The notes under the pieces were generated by a model. It did no database searches. It was not told the origin of the DNA and saw nothing but the letters and a program-made list of their open reading frames with translations. From NCBI GenBank assembly GCA_024704765.1, contig JAKMXF010000003.1, positions 1-64,000 of the forward strand: 64,000 nt of DNA. The letters are read 5' to 3'. Of the stretch, positions 1 to 10,744 are shown piece after piece. The DNA comes from Oopsacas minuta (taxonomy: Eukaryota > Animalia > Porifera). Position 1 is the stretch's first letter, and each line of letters begins with the position of its first letter. The position numbers and the translations under genes were made by a program.

Positions 1-135
1 TATTAATCACAGATTTCCTATTTGAATGAGTAGAAATTGAATAAATATATACAAACAAACACAAATAAATAAATATTTACAAACACGAATATATAAACAC
101 GATAAACAAATAAACAAATATTCAAAATACTTTTA

Positions 136-798
136 CTATTTATGCCATTTAAGGACAAAACCTCCTAAATGCGAAACATCACGACTGACATAACACTTCG
201 CACCTTTCATTACTCCCTTTTTGTCTAATAATATTTCATATTCACTCACGCATGTATTATACAAAGGTCTATCTTCGTGTATAGTTATGGCGCCTAAATT
301 TGCTAGCAATCGTTCCATACAACTTATCGTAGCTCCGTGGGAAACTAAAAGTATATTTGGAATGTGTTTTTGTGATTCATCTAATTTCAATGGAATTTGA
401 CCGATTAAACTGGAACCAAGATCATGAAAAAAACTTGAAACTCTTTTCTCAACCGATTGGATCGACTCCTCATCGCTTGGACGGGGTCCTACACGCTCTT
501 CCTTCTTCTTACCCTCCCAACTTCCAAATCCTCGCTCTTTCAAGCGATCATCTAAAATTGGTTCTGTTTTATATTTCATATTTTCAAGCGCCAATTTGAT
601 TGTATGCAACGTACGTAGAAGAGGACTACAATAGATAAAATCGAATTTGTAATCGGTGAAACGAATACCAAGATGTTTAGACTGTGATATTCCTTCTTCG
701 TCAAGTTCTGTATCTATTTGTCCTTGTAAAATGTGGAGTTTGTTTTCTAGTGTTATCCCATGACGTGTTATGAATAATCTGATTTTAATATCAGCCAT
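136..798 (-). CDS. Histidine phosphatase superfamily protein, TIGAR/phosphoglycerate mutase-like
   Basis: Motifs ITRHG, SPLLRT, LKERGFG and VSHG supply the catalytic His/Arg/Glu/His set. ORF track starts at 852; MADIK at 798 is the more plausible start. Divergent from Ro60. Confidence 0.85.
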   Translation of the reverse strand: MADIKIRLFITRHGITLENKLHILQGQIDTELDEEGISQSKHLGIRFTDYKFDFIYCSPLLRTLHTIKLALENMKYKTEPILDDRLKERGFGSWEGKKKEERVGPRPSDEESIQSVEKRVSSFFHDLGSSLIGQIPLKLDESQKHIPNILLVSHGATISCMERLLANLGAITIHEDRPLYNTCVSEYEILLDKKGVMKGAKCYVSRDVSHLGGFVLKWHK

Positions 799-1436
799 CG
801 TAACTAAGAATAATTCGATTACGTATCTGCTGTTGACATTTCTCAAATTCACTAGACTTCCCTAAATATGATCACATCGGGACCCCCAGAGGCCCTATAG
901 ACACGATTATTCGTAGGAATTTGACGTTATTTGTAAGGTTCTGTTTCTGGTCAAGGGACCCGATTAATCGCTAGCTCTATTATGCGGGTCTATTGTGTGA
1001 ACTTTTTAGTATCAATAATTGGGAGGTCAGGAAACAAGTTGTCTGTATTGTAGGGATTAAAGGAAGGGGTTTGATAAGAAGTGAGTTAGTTATATGATTA
1101 AAGAAACAATAACAAGTTTGGGACTATTTCTGCCATAACTAAGTTGAGAATTTGTAATAAGTTCTATGAAGGTATACGCGTATAGACAAGGGTCATACTA
1201 GGAAATAATCTGGTTACAAATGACCAAAATACTGGAGAACACGTTGAAAACTAGTCTTCCGCCCCTGCCAGGGGGTCTATGAATGTGTGATAATTGCTAT
1301 AGACTATCCATGGGCTAAAAAGATTGACAAATATTCATAAATCAAACATATTTTGAATTTAGCTAAGTTATGAATGAATTGAGACATTTCTAGAAACCAT
1401 ATTATCCAAACTAGAAATTACATACTTTCTACATTC

Positions 1437-4400
1437 ATGGCTACTGCAACTGTTGCCATGGAAACGGAATCGCAAATCCCAATCCCACAGACAGTTGGAC
1501 TATCAGGTCAGATCCCAAACTCAGCTGGGGGGTATTCTTGGCCGATTAGCGATATGGGGAGACTGAGAAGGTTCTTGTGTCTCGGTTCAGAAGGAGGAAG
1601 TTATTATATCAACGAGAAGAAACTAGGTAATTCCAATCAATTCTCGTTAAATCTAATCTCAAGGGACCGTGATAATTCCTTCGATATAACCGATGAAATA
1701 TATGTATGTTACTCTAACGGTTTAGGAACATATTTGGACAGTTTAAGACTTCCTGTATTTCTATACATCATGTTCTATCTTTCTAATTATATATAATTAT
1801 AATTCTAGGAAAGGAGAATGCTAAAACAATAGTAAGAATGTTAGACACAGGAGAAGGTCAGGATGTTGTGATAGAGATTCTGCAGTATAGTACTGAAGGG
1901 AGAACTGCTAAGCAAGAGCCTATCATATTTGCACTTGCTATCTGCGCTAGATTAGGTAAATATGTTTGTTTGTTTGTTTGTTTATTTATCTATTCTCTCA
2001 CAATCCTTTAGGGGATGCAGAGACAAAGAAATCGGCCTACATAGCTCTCCCTAAAGTTTGTAGAATTCCAACTCATTTATTCAGTTTTATTGAATATTGT
2101 GAATCTCTCAGTAAAGGAACTGGATGGGGGAGAGCTCATAGAAGAGCAATATCTGAGTGGTAAGGTTATATTATAATCAATGCGACATCCACACCGAGGT
2201 GCAAGGGAGTCAGAAAATCTGCCCAATTCCACGTTTTTGTAGAGGCATTCGCTCTATTAATTTTCACTCCGTTTCCAGGAGTTCCTTGTTTCCACAGCCC
2301 CGTTCCCGTTTGTGTGTGTTACACTGTAATAATCATTACACTAATTACGAATTAGGTATACAGAGAAAGCTCCATATCCGCTCAGTATCTTAGTTACCAA
2401 ATATCAACAAAGGAATGGGTGGTCTCACAGAGATCTACTGAGACTTTGTCATCTTAAAACTGACAGAGATGAACTCAATATAATATTCAGGTATATATTA
2501 AGCCCTATACATATTTCACTGATAAATCACATTCCATTCCCGTATCCTAGATACATAATTAAAGGAATGGATCAAGTAATAACTGATTACGAACATTTGA
2601 CTTCAAACCCGGAAATATTAAAAGTATTTGAGTTCTTTCAAGCAGTTGAAAAAGCGAAGTCTTGTACGAAACCAGAAGATATTATCCCATTAATTAACAT
2701 TTATGGCCTGGTTCGTGAACACATTCCAACACCTTTGCTTAGCAACGCAGAAGTATGGCGAGCTCTACTCCAGAAAATGCCAATGACAGCTATGATCAGG
2801 AATCTGGGAAAGATGACAGCGATAGAATTATTAGCTCCTCTATCTGGTGAGTTAATTTCTCTCAATGGTTCTATTTTTAGAATTTTAATAATTAAATTAA
2901 TAAAAGTCAAGCAAACCTATTTGAATGGATCTCTACACCCAATCAGAAGCGGGGGATTTCACTAACATACTGTATGCACATAGACAATATAAATAGAAAA
3001 TAAAAATATAATAATTATTCTGAAATGTCAAGTTTGTCGAAGAAGAGAACTAAATCCGCTTACGAGCTGCAGAGAGAGAGGAATATTCGTAGGAACGAGG
3101 AGTTGTTGAGGAAGTTAGGAATTAATATTAGGGAAAAACAGAAGCCACTTCCTGTTATGAAAGATTCATCAGATTCTGAGACTGAGAGTGATCAGGATTG
3201 GAAACCGGAAGAGATAAAGAAAACAATAATAACAACAAAATTCGAACCACCTATGAGAAATACGTATGATCCTGATGAAGTGAAAAATGTTGTAGAAGAA
3301 TTTGAGAGAGAAGAAAACGAAAAACGAAAAGGAGTTAAACGAAAATCAAATTTCCCGAATAATAATATTCCCAAGAAACAGTTTGAAGGAACCACGAATA
3401 TATTCACTTTCGGGAAAGCGAAACTAAAATCTAAGGATTTTGACGCTGAAAAAGATAGTATCGATAATCTCCAAAATGTAGAATTTCGTTCAGATGAAGA
3501 AGTCCCAACAGATAGCAAAATTAGCTATGAGGAGTTTCTACAAAATCGTGAAGATGCCGAATTAATGGAACATGAGATTGCTTTAGTAGGAAGATATATC
3601 CGACAACAGCAATTAGATGAAAGGTTAGACTTACAAGATAATGATAAGCAAACCGATCTCTGTCATGAGAGAAGTAAGAGGCATTTGAGACATGTGGATT
3701 ATACCGAGGAGACATTAACAACAGAGGATAGCTATATCTATTGTGAGGAATGTGACGATTTGCATTTGGGTGATTGTCCAGTATTTGGAGAACTTTGTCC
3801 ATTAGATGAGTCCGCTATGATTATTAGTCCTCTATCCTCCATCCCTATTCCTAAGCAATTGATACTTAAGAACTCCTCAATTCCAAAGGCAGGTTTAGGA
3901 ATATTTGCAACAGAGACCATTGCAATACGTACTAGAATGGGCTCGTATGCTGGCACATTTGTAAGGGGATCTGTTGATAATTTACCGAATGAAAGTGAAT
4001 ATTTGTGGCAGATAAAACGAGGCAATGGGAAAGCTGTATGGTATATTGATGGAGAGGATTTGACCAGGGCGAATTGGATGAGATATGTGAATTGTGCTCG
4101 TCATGAGGATGAACAGAATTTGGTAGCGTTTCAGTTTAAAGGCAGAATATATTATAGAACTTATAAAGTTGTAAATCCTGGAGATGAACTTCTTGTATAC
4201 TACGGGGATCAATATGCCAAACACCTTGGCATAGGACAATTTGATAATATTGATATTAAGACGGTTGAAAACCCACCAATTGAGATGTCAACTGAAACGA
4301 GATTGTATAAACCTAACCGCAAAGACAAACCTTTTAAGTGTTCAGAATGTAATTGCTCTTATTCTAGCAGAATGACTTTGATTGCTCACTCACGTATACA

Positions 4401-7400
4401 CACAGGTGTTAATCTACACGAATGTGAAGTGTGTAATAAGGTATTCATTAGCAAGACAAAGCTAACTGTACACATACGTACACACACAGGAGAGAAACCA
4501 TTCAAATGTATCATATGTGATAAAAGGTTCAGCACAGATAGTAATCTTTCTGTACACATGCGTATACACACAGGAGAGAAACCATTCAAATGTACTATAT
4601 GTGATAAAAGGTTCTGCCAAGATAGCAATCTTTCTGTACACATGCATATACACACGGGAGAGAAACCATTCAAATGTACTATATGTGATAAAAGGTTCAG
4701 TAGTCCTGGAGAGCTCCCTATACACATACGTATACACACAGGAGAGAAGCCCTATGAATGTATATATTGTAAAAACAAATTTAATAACTCTTCTACTAGA
4801 AATAAACACCAAAAAATTCATAAAAACCAAACAAAATATAATAGTTAGATAAATTTGATTGAATTAAATAATATTATCACTTCTATTCTCTCTCAAATAG
4901 TCCTCACATAATACTAGTCACTAAATGTTTCTTCATTTTACTTATTTCCATATCTAGACGAGTCACAGCTGGTATGTAAGAAACTAAAGAACGAGTCAAT
5001 GCTAAAATCAGCTAAAATCCATCCATTCAACTTACTACTAGCACTCAAGGTATATAAAGCTGGTAAAGGAGATAAGGGCTCTCTATCATGGACACCTGTA
5101 CCTGCTATTGTATCTGCCTTAGACGCAGCTTTCTATCTATCTTTCAAGTTTGTTGAACCGACTGGAAAGAAGTTCTTACTAGCCCTTGACGTCAGTGGAT
5201 CAATGACATCTCCTGTGAGTTATGACCCGATTAAGCATACAGTAGACTCCACTTGGCCAGAAACAGAACCAAACAAAATAGTTATTCCTGCTTGTATTAA
5301 TCACATTGCATGTTATTAGATCCTTGGTACTCGTGTCGTCAGTTGTAGAGATGCCTCAGCCGCTATGGCAATGGTTACAATGAAGACTGAAGCTAATTTC
5401 CATGTTCTGGGGTTCTCTCATAAACTGGTAGATGTTCCTATCAAGTAAGTATTAAATCCTCCAAAAGTATTTTACCAAATTTCTGACGAATTTCATACAC
5501 TTGGACAGTGGACTCCGCTTGACTGGGTCACCGGTTAATTCATTGCCAGTTTTTACCTTCGTTTTATTGACACATTGTAAATTCATAGTGCTTCGATGGA
5601 TCTGAATACAGTAACTGAAACTATTAGTGCTATACCCATGGGAGCTACTGATTGCTCACTGCCATTTGAATGGGCACTGAAGAAGAAAGTGAATGTAGAT
5701 ATATTTATTGTGTACACAGATAATGAAACTTATTTCGGAGCTATACACCCGTTTGAAGTTTGTTTATTTCCAGTTTCTATATGTTGCGTATGTCGGTTAT
5801 AAGCACCATCCTCTGGAAAACAGTTCTCATATATTCCAGGATATTTATGCCGGTTATAAGAACAGGCATTGCTACTCACAAGGGTGTTCTTATAACTGAC
5901 ACGTCCACGGTAATCGAGATATTATTATTCGTCCGGAAATGATTGAAACCTGGTTTATACGATTTGGCTATAAGTAAGTTGATATTATTACAAATTCTCA
6001 GAGTAAATAGCATACCGAATTTCCAAATATTTATAAGGTTAACAAATTACTTAATATGATAAGCAAAGTACCCTGTTGTTATTGTTGTTATTGTTGTTAT
6101 TGTTGTTGGTGATGATTTCTAATAAAAAAAATATCATAAGTCTTACAGACATAATGTAAAGCTTATATTATACAAAATAGAGTTTAAGAAATAATAATAA
6201 ATATGAATTCGACAATTTGTCTTTGATTATTTGCTATTATCTCTCTACCAATAATATCGGTAATATACCTTGTGGCTTAGCATAATGCTTGTAAGTATTA
6301 GGTTTCTGGATAAATAGGAATAATTATTTGATTGTATTAATCCAGTGTTTATGAGTGAACATACATCTATTATCAGTAATATTGTAGAGTCTTATGACTC
6401 GATTATCTTCCGAGATTTCGAATCGTCCGTCTTTGGATGGATCAGAATCGGTCTGTCAACATCCGCGTTCATTCTTCTCTCATTCTCTCTTGTCCATATT
6501 CTATTTTTCTCTGCGATATACCGGAATAGGCTTAAGTCCCTTCAGAAACAATTCTACAACTCTCATCTTAAGAACTATTCCCGTATGTACCTATTCCTCG
6601 CAGTAATCCAATTCACCACAGCTATCTTCGAATTATCTGAACTAACTGGACATTCTATTATCAGCTCTAACCAGGAGATTTTCAACGAATTCACGTCTCA
6701 CAACGGTTGTATCATACATGAATACACTACCATGGCTGCTTTATCAAATTCTCATTTCTTCTTCCTTTTACCACCGATTACTCCAAACTTAATATTCCCG
6801 GTCTTATTAACTCTAATATACAGCTTCTTAATATTTACTGCTAGGATGTTTTCCCCGGATAACAAAAAACTGAAATCGTATTTGTATCGATTACACGTGT
6901 TAGTGTGGACTACTGTACAAGTATCGCTTCTCCTAATCCTCTACTCAAATCATTGGACGCTAATCGTTGCCCCCTTGTTCTTCGCTATATTCGTTATAAT
7001 CGATTTTTCTATGTTCGTTATCTACGCAGTTTCCCTTAAGAAAATTCTCCATAATACCTGTAAGGACGTCATGTGCTATACAGACAATACAAGAGACATA
7101 TCACAGATAATTAACTTCTACAATTTGTATAAGAGGTGTATAATATTTCTCGTTATTTCTCTCTTACTTCTTTCCCTATCCCTGGTCCTAACAGCCATAT
7201 TTGACGGTGTTAGAAGCTTCCTATTGAATGATTGTTTCTATAAGATAGATAAACTGGATAATGCGCACTATGAAACAGATCATATCTTGGGTAAAGTGGT
7301 AGTAATATCAATTATAATGTTGAAGTTCTCATCCATGGTTATTTTTGATTTATTTGTGGGTGCTTCTAGCGTAATTATTTGCGTTAAAGTTGTGGTATTC

Positions 7401-7762
7401 CATAAGGAATTATGTTCTGTTTCTAAGAAACAGGCAACGAGACCTTTATTGTAATATTTATTAATACTTGCTCTTTATTGTTGTTTTTGTTTACTAAACA
7501 TATATGCTATGTATCTATTTCGGGATAAATATTCAGGGAAAATAGTTAGAAAGTGTTGGCAAATATGAATAATGTTTAACACCTTTAGGCATTAAAGAAA
7601 TACAGATCTATAGTTAACCCAGAGGCTAAGCTAATAGTAGTAGGCATGACAGCTAATGAATTCACAATAGCAGATCCTGACGACGCAGGAATGTTAGATA
7701 TAGCAGGATTTGATTCATCTGCTCCTGGGGTTATACGTAGCTTTGCTATGGGAGAGATTTAA
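1437..7762 (+). CDS. RO60: Ro60 (TROVE2) RNA-binding protein, 9 coding exons
   Basis: Spliced reading: [22 protein letters not shown] / [19 protein letters not shown] / [13 protein letters not shown] / [18 protein letters not shown] / [22 protein letters not shown] / [17 protein letters not shown] (MIDAS) / [19 protein letters not shown] / [16 protein letters not shown], stop 7760-7762. Large introns 2847-4957 (phase 1) and 5758-7588 (phase 0) are GT-AG and keep the frame. Confidence 0.95.
1652..1770 (+). mobile_element. MITE family A internal remnant in Ro60 intron 1
   Basis: ctcaagggaccgtgataattccttcgatataaccgatg..acggtttaggaacatatttg; approximate limits. Confidence 0.7.
3025..4848 (+). 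CDS. PRDM9-like: PRDM9/PRDM7-like PR/SET histone methyltransferase with 6 C2H2 zinc fingers, intronless, nested in a Ro60 intron
   Basis: [48 protein letters not shown] is the PRDM7/9-type PR domain. Preceded by an SSXRD-like segment and zinc knuckle CEEC..C; followed by six TGEKP-type-linked fingers. Confidence 0.88.
   Translation: MSSLSKKRTKSAYELQRERNIRRNEELLRKLGINIREKQKPLPVMKDSSDSETESDQDWKPEEIKKTIITTKFEPPMRNTYDPDEVKNVVEEFEREENEKRKGVKRKSNFPNNNIPKKQFEGTTNIFTFGKAKLKSKDFDAEKDSIDNLQNVEFRSDEEVPTDSKISYEEFLQNREDAELMEHEIALVGRYIRQQQLDERLDLQDNDKQTDLCHERSKRHLRHVDYTEETLTTEDSYIYCEECDDLHLGDCPVFGELCPLDESAMIISPLSSIPIPKQLILKNSSIPKAGLGIFATETIAIRTRMGSYAGTFVRGSVDNLPNESEYLWQIKRGNGKAVWYIDGEDLTRANWMRYVNCARHEDEQNLVAFQFKGRIYYRTYKVVNPGDELLVYYGDQYAKHLGIGQFDNIDIKTVENPPIEMSTETRLYKPNRKDKPFKCSECNCSYSSRMTLIAHSRIHTGVNLHECEVCNKVFISKTKLTVHIRTHTGEKPFKCIICDKRFSTDSNLSVHMRIHTGEKPFKCTICDKRFCQDSNLSVHMHIHTGEKPFKCTICDKRFSSPGELPIHIRIHTGEKPYECIYCKNKFNNSSTRNKHQKIHKNQTKYNS
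4501..4752 (+). repeat. 84-bp tandem repeat (3 units) encoding zinc fingers 3-5
   Basis: Units start ttcaaatgta at 4501, 4585 and 4669. Units 1 and 2 differ at 8 of 84 nt (hand count); units 2 and 3 are identical over the first 10 codons. Confidence 0.9.
5790..5900. mobile_element. MITE family B (ccggttataagaac repeat) copy
   Basis: ccggttataagaac..ttactcacaagggtgttcttataac-type core shared with 16700-16834. Confidence 0.7.
6351..7454 (+). CDS. Orphan multi-pass (about 7TM) membrane protein, intronless, nested in the last Ro60 intron
   Basis: 367-codon ORF (first ATG 6351) with about seven hydrophobic segments separated by polar loops; no rhodopsin-type motifs recognised. Confidence 0.7.
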   Translation: MSEHTSIISNIVESYDSIIFRDFESSVFGWIRIGLSTSAFILLSFSLVHILFFSAIYRNRLKSLQKQFYNSHLKNYSRMYLFLAVIQFTTAIFELSELTGHSIISSNQEIFNEFTSHNGCIIHEYTTMAALSNSHFFFLLPPITPNLIFPVLLTLIYSFLIFTARMFSPDNKKLKSYLYRLHVLVWTTVQVSLLLILYSNHWTLIVAPLFFAIFVIIDFSMFVIYAVSLKKILHNTCKDVMCYTDNTRDISQIINFYNLYKRCIIFLVISLLLLSLSLVLTAIFDGVRSFLLNDCFYKIDKLDNAHYETDHILGKVVVISIIMLKFSSMVIFDLFVGASSVIICVKVVVFHKELCSVSKKQATRPLL

Positions 7763-7942
7763 TAGGTTTTGAATTTGAAGTTATTGGAATTATTTGTTTG
7801 TATTTTGCATGAATGTAAATGCTGTTTTGTGGCAGTTTTAGAAAATATTTACTTGTTGTTATTTACTGATTATTGTCGAGTTTAATAAATTTGTTTAGCT
7901 TGTAAATATTGTATATTCTTTACTGATATTTTTCTTGGAAAG

Positions 7943-8219
7943 ATGGATACTAAAGGTTAGTTGATTGTCTCCCAAATCGGGACAATATTACTGAATTTAT
8001 AATGTATTACGCAGGTGATATTCGTCCAATGAGTGCTAAGGTCCCTGTAAGGAAGTTTACTATAGAGGGCTCAAACAGAGCTGTCAGACCGCGGAGCTGT
8101 TCTGCTAGAGCTAGATCTGATCCTGTTAATATTAACTTAAGTGAATGGATGAATAGTATTGACGAAGAAGGTGAGTTATTAATGTAAAGGGAAACATGTA
8201 ACTGGTGTTGTTATTGTTG

Positions 8220-8264
<45 letters not shown>

Positions 8265-9905
8265 TATACTTTTGTATTGAAGATATCAGCTGATATCTAT
8301 TCATTCATCATATGAATAATCAATAGTTTCATATTAGCGTATTTTTTCACACCTATTTGTATATGTCTATCATCTCATTTGTTTGTATTTTACCCCTCAA
8401 AATAGCTGTAATAATTTACATAAATATTGACCTGTTAAGATTTGATGTAAATTGTGGAATTTGTATTTTTGATATTATGGAACCAAAAAGTAGGTGACAA
8501 CCGTGACGGTTCTAATTTCCTATTTCCTTTTATAATAAACATCTTCTATATTTTACAAATATTTACATATTATAATTTCTAGAACATGTATCATTCGGAA
8601 GCACTCAAAACCGAGCTGTCCTACCTTCAGGTGTTCCTCCCTCTCGTCTGGGACTACTACAGAGGAACAGCGGGGCTCCTGAGAGAGGACCTGGTTGTTA
8701 TGAAAACCATGAGGTATGTAGAAAGGATTTTCACTTTATATTCTGGGAAATTCGTAAGAGGTGTTGGTAAGTATGCGATTTGATAATTTCTCTTTCAATA
8801 GAAATCTAGTTTTATACATGAAGCTGAGATTAAACCGGCATCAGCCAGAGGTGTTTGTCTATCCGCCAGGACAGGGCCTAGATCTCTGGTATTCACACCT
8901 ACTAAGATAGGACGACCCTTCTCAGCTGCAAGGTTTGAGACTCCAGCTCCAGGCACCTATCAGTCTAAACATACTCAATATCAATTGAATGAGAGTGTTT
9001 CTGTAGCAAATATACCTTTTGGTTCAGATGGAGAAATGCTAAAAACTTTGAAAGTTAAACAGGTAAGAAATATGTAAATGCAGCTTTCCCTGGGGTCCAT
9101 GGCGTGGTTCACAGATGATAGTAGCTTATCCACAGAATATTGGTACAAGGATTCACGAGTGGAAATGGTTGAGAACCACTAAGGAAACATTTTCCACCTA
9201 TTGAATGAGATACAAATACTTCTCATTTCATTTCATTTCTCCTTTATCGTTATTAGGAAGTTGTCTTAAAGCCAGGTCTAGGCTGCTATGAACATGACAT
9301 ATCTCGTAACCGTAGAGTACATTCTGCCAAGGCTACACACGCTACTCCAATAAGGACAAGATTGAAATCTCCGAGTAGTGATGTATGTGATATGTGTAAA
9401 GCTACTGTATTAGGTGATTATTTCAAGTTTAGGAATGTTTGTTTGTGCTCTGGATGTTATAGGTATAATGTTAGATGGGGTGATAATTATCCACCAAGGT
9501 TTGTTGTTTGTTTATTTGTTTGCTTTTCTGTCTGTCTATTTGTTTTGATTGTCTGTGTGTGTGTGTGTCTGATACATTTGCAATAAATTACCGCAGCGGC
9601 TCGCCAGCCTGACCCCTTAGTAGTCCATAGTATTTCAAAATTTGTTACACTCTATGGGAGTGGGTGTTAAAATTGGCATAAGGGGGTCCATGTGTGAAAA
9701 GGGTTGGAACAACTGAACTACCGAACTTCCATATTATAATATTTTACATTTTAGTTATCTGCTTGCATTCCATAAAATCAAGAATCCGCTAGCAACAGAT
9801 ATCGCTGCATCTTCCAAACAATCAGTTCCTCGTATTTTGAGGCCCGAACAGAATAACCCAAAATTCTCGAGATGGAAAGCATATTTAGGAATGTACTTTG
9901 CTTGA
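7943..9905 (+). CDS. Ciliary microtubule-associated protein, pitchfork (CIMAP3)/LEXM (CIMAP2)-like, about 6 exons
   Basis: Frame-consistent spliced reading MDTKG/DIRPM../SFGSTQNR..RGPGCY/..PAPGTY../KPGLGCY..CDMC..CSGC/..KAYLGMYFA*. PGxGxY (SHIPPO-type) repeats; SFGS..R..RGPGCY resembles the pitchfork/LEXM N-terminus from memory. Confidence 0.55.
8223..8262. repeat. (ATT)n microsatellite
   Basis: Direct reading. Confidence 0.95.
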
Positions 9906-10006
9906 CAACCCAATCACAACACAGGAATGTGTTATAACATTATATATCTCTTGTATAATGCTTAATATTAATCTCTCATAATTATGAAATCATTAATAAA
10001 TATTTC

Positions 10007-10125
10007 TACAGTAAACTCCCCTTATATCAAAGCTCAAGGGGGCCGTGATAACTAATTTGATACAAGCGAGTGTTTCAATATATATCTGTGTTTGATATAA
10101 CGGGAAATGTGTCAGTTGACTTTAC
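10007..10125 (+). mobile_element. MITE family A copy upstream of SNRPD2
   Basis: tacagtaaactccccttatatcaaagctcaagggggccgtgata; degenerate right end. Confidence 0.7.
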
Positions 10126-10190
10126 TTCATAACAACAAACAAACAAACAAATATTAATATTTATCACTTTTTGACTAATTAGTATCTAAA

Positions 10191-10547
10191 ATGGCTCAAA
10201 AGCCCCGCTCTGAAATGACGGAAGAGGATCTCCGTAAGCGAGAAGAAGAGGAGTTCCAAATTGGACCATTATCCGTACTCACACAATCTGTTAAGAATAA
10301 CACACAAGTACTAGTTATGTGTAGAAATAATAGGAAATTACTTGGAAGAGTTAAAGCATTCGACAGACATTGTAATATGGTATTGGAGAACGTCAAAGAA
10401 ATGTGGACAGAAACACCGAAAAGTGGGAAGGGCAAGAAACGAGCGCGGCCTGTTAACAAGGACCAGTTTATTCATAAAATGTTCCTTCGAGGAGACTCTG
10501 TTATCCTGGTATTGAAGAATCCATTGGCAGCCGTTTCTAAGGATTAG
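10191..10547 (+). CDS. SNRPD2: Small nuclear ribonucleoprotein Sm D2
   Basis: [69 protein letters not shown] is nearly invariant SmD2. Confidence 0.98.
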   Translation: MAQKPRSEMTEEDLRKREEEEFQIGPLSVLTQSVKNNTQVLVMCRNNRKLLGRVKAFDRHCNMVLENVKEMWTETPKSGKGKKRARPVNKDQFIHKMFLRGDSVILVLKNPLAAVSKD

Positions 10548-10744
10548 TATGAGAAATTCGTAAGTTAGTAAAAGGCGAACTTTCCTATTTAACATTTGAT
10601 AAAACTATTTCATTGCAAGCTAGTGTTAGCTGAATGACTGGGATAATAATTAGGCGCTTAAACATCGTGGAAATTTTGGGCTATTTTTGGCACAAAATTT
10701 TATGAAAACTTTTTGTTGTTTTGTTTTCTAATTAGCTTTACTTA

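Noticed and set aside
2846-3025. Ro60-PRDM9 fusion by alternative splicing
   Set aside because: The AG acceptors I tested between the Ro60 donor and the PRDM9-like ATG give stops or the wrong frame.
4386-4852. ORFs 4386-4739, 4462-4830 and 4517-4852 overlapping the zinc-finger array
   Set aside because: Shadow frames of the repetitive C2H2 coding sequence.
5500-5560. Possible Y RNA in a Ro60 intron (cgcttgactggg resembles the Y RNA 3-prime stem)
   Set aside because: No complementary 5-prime GGYUGGUCCGA-like strand with a bulged C upstream; the candidate near 945-1020 also lacks the matching 3-prime arm.
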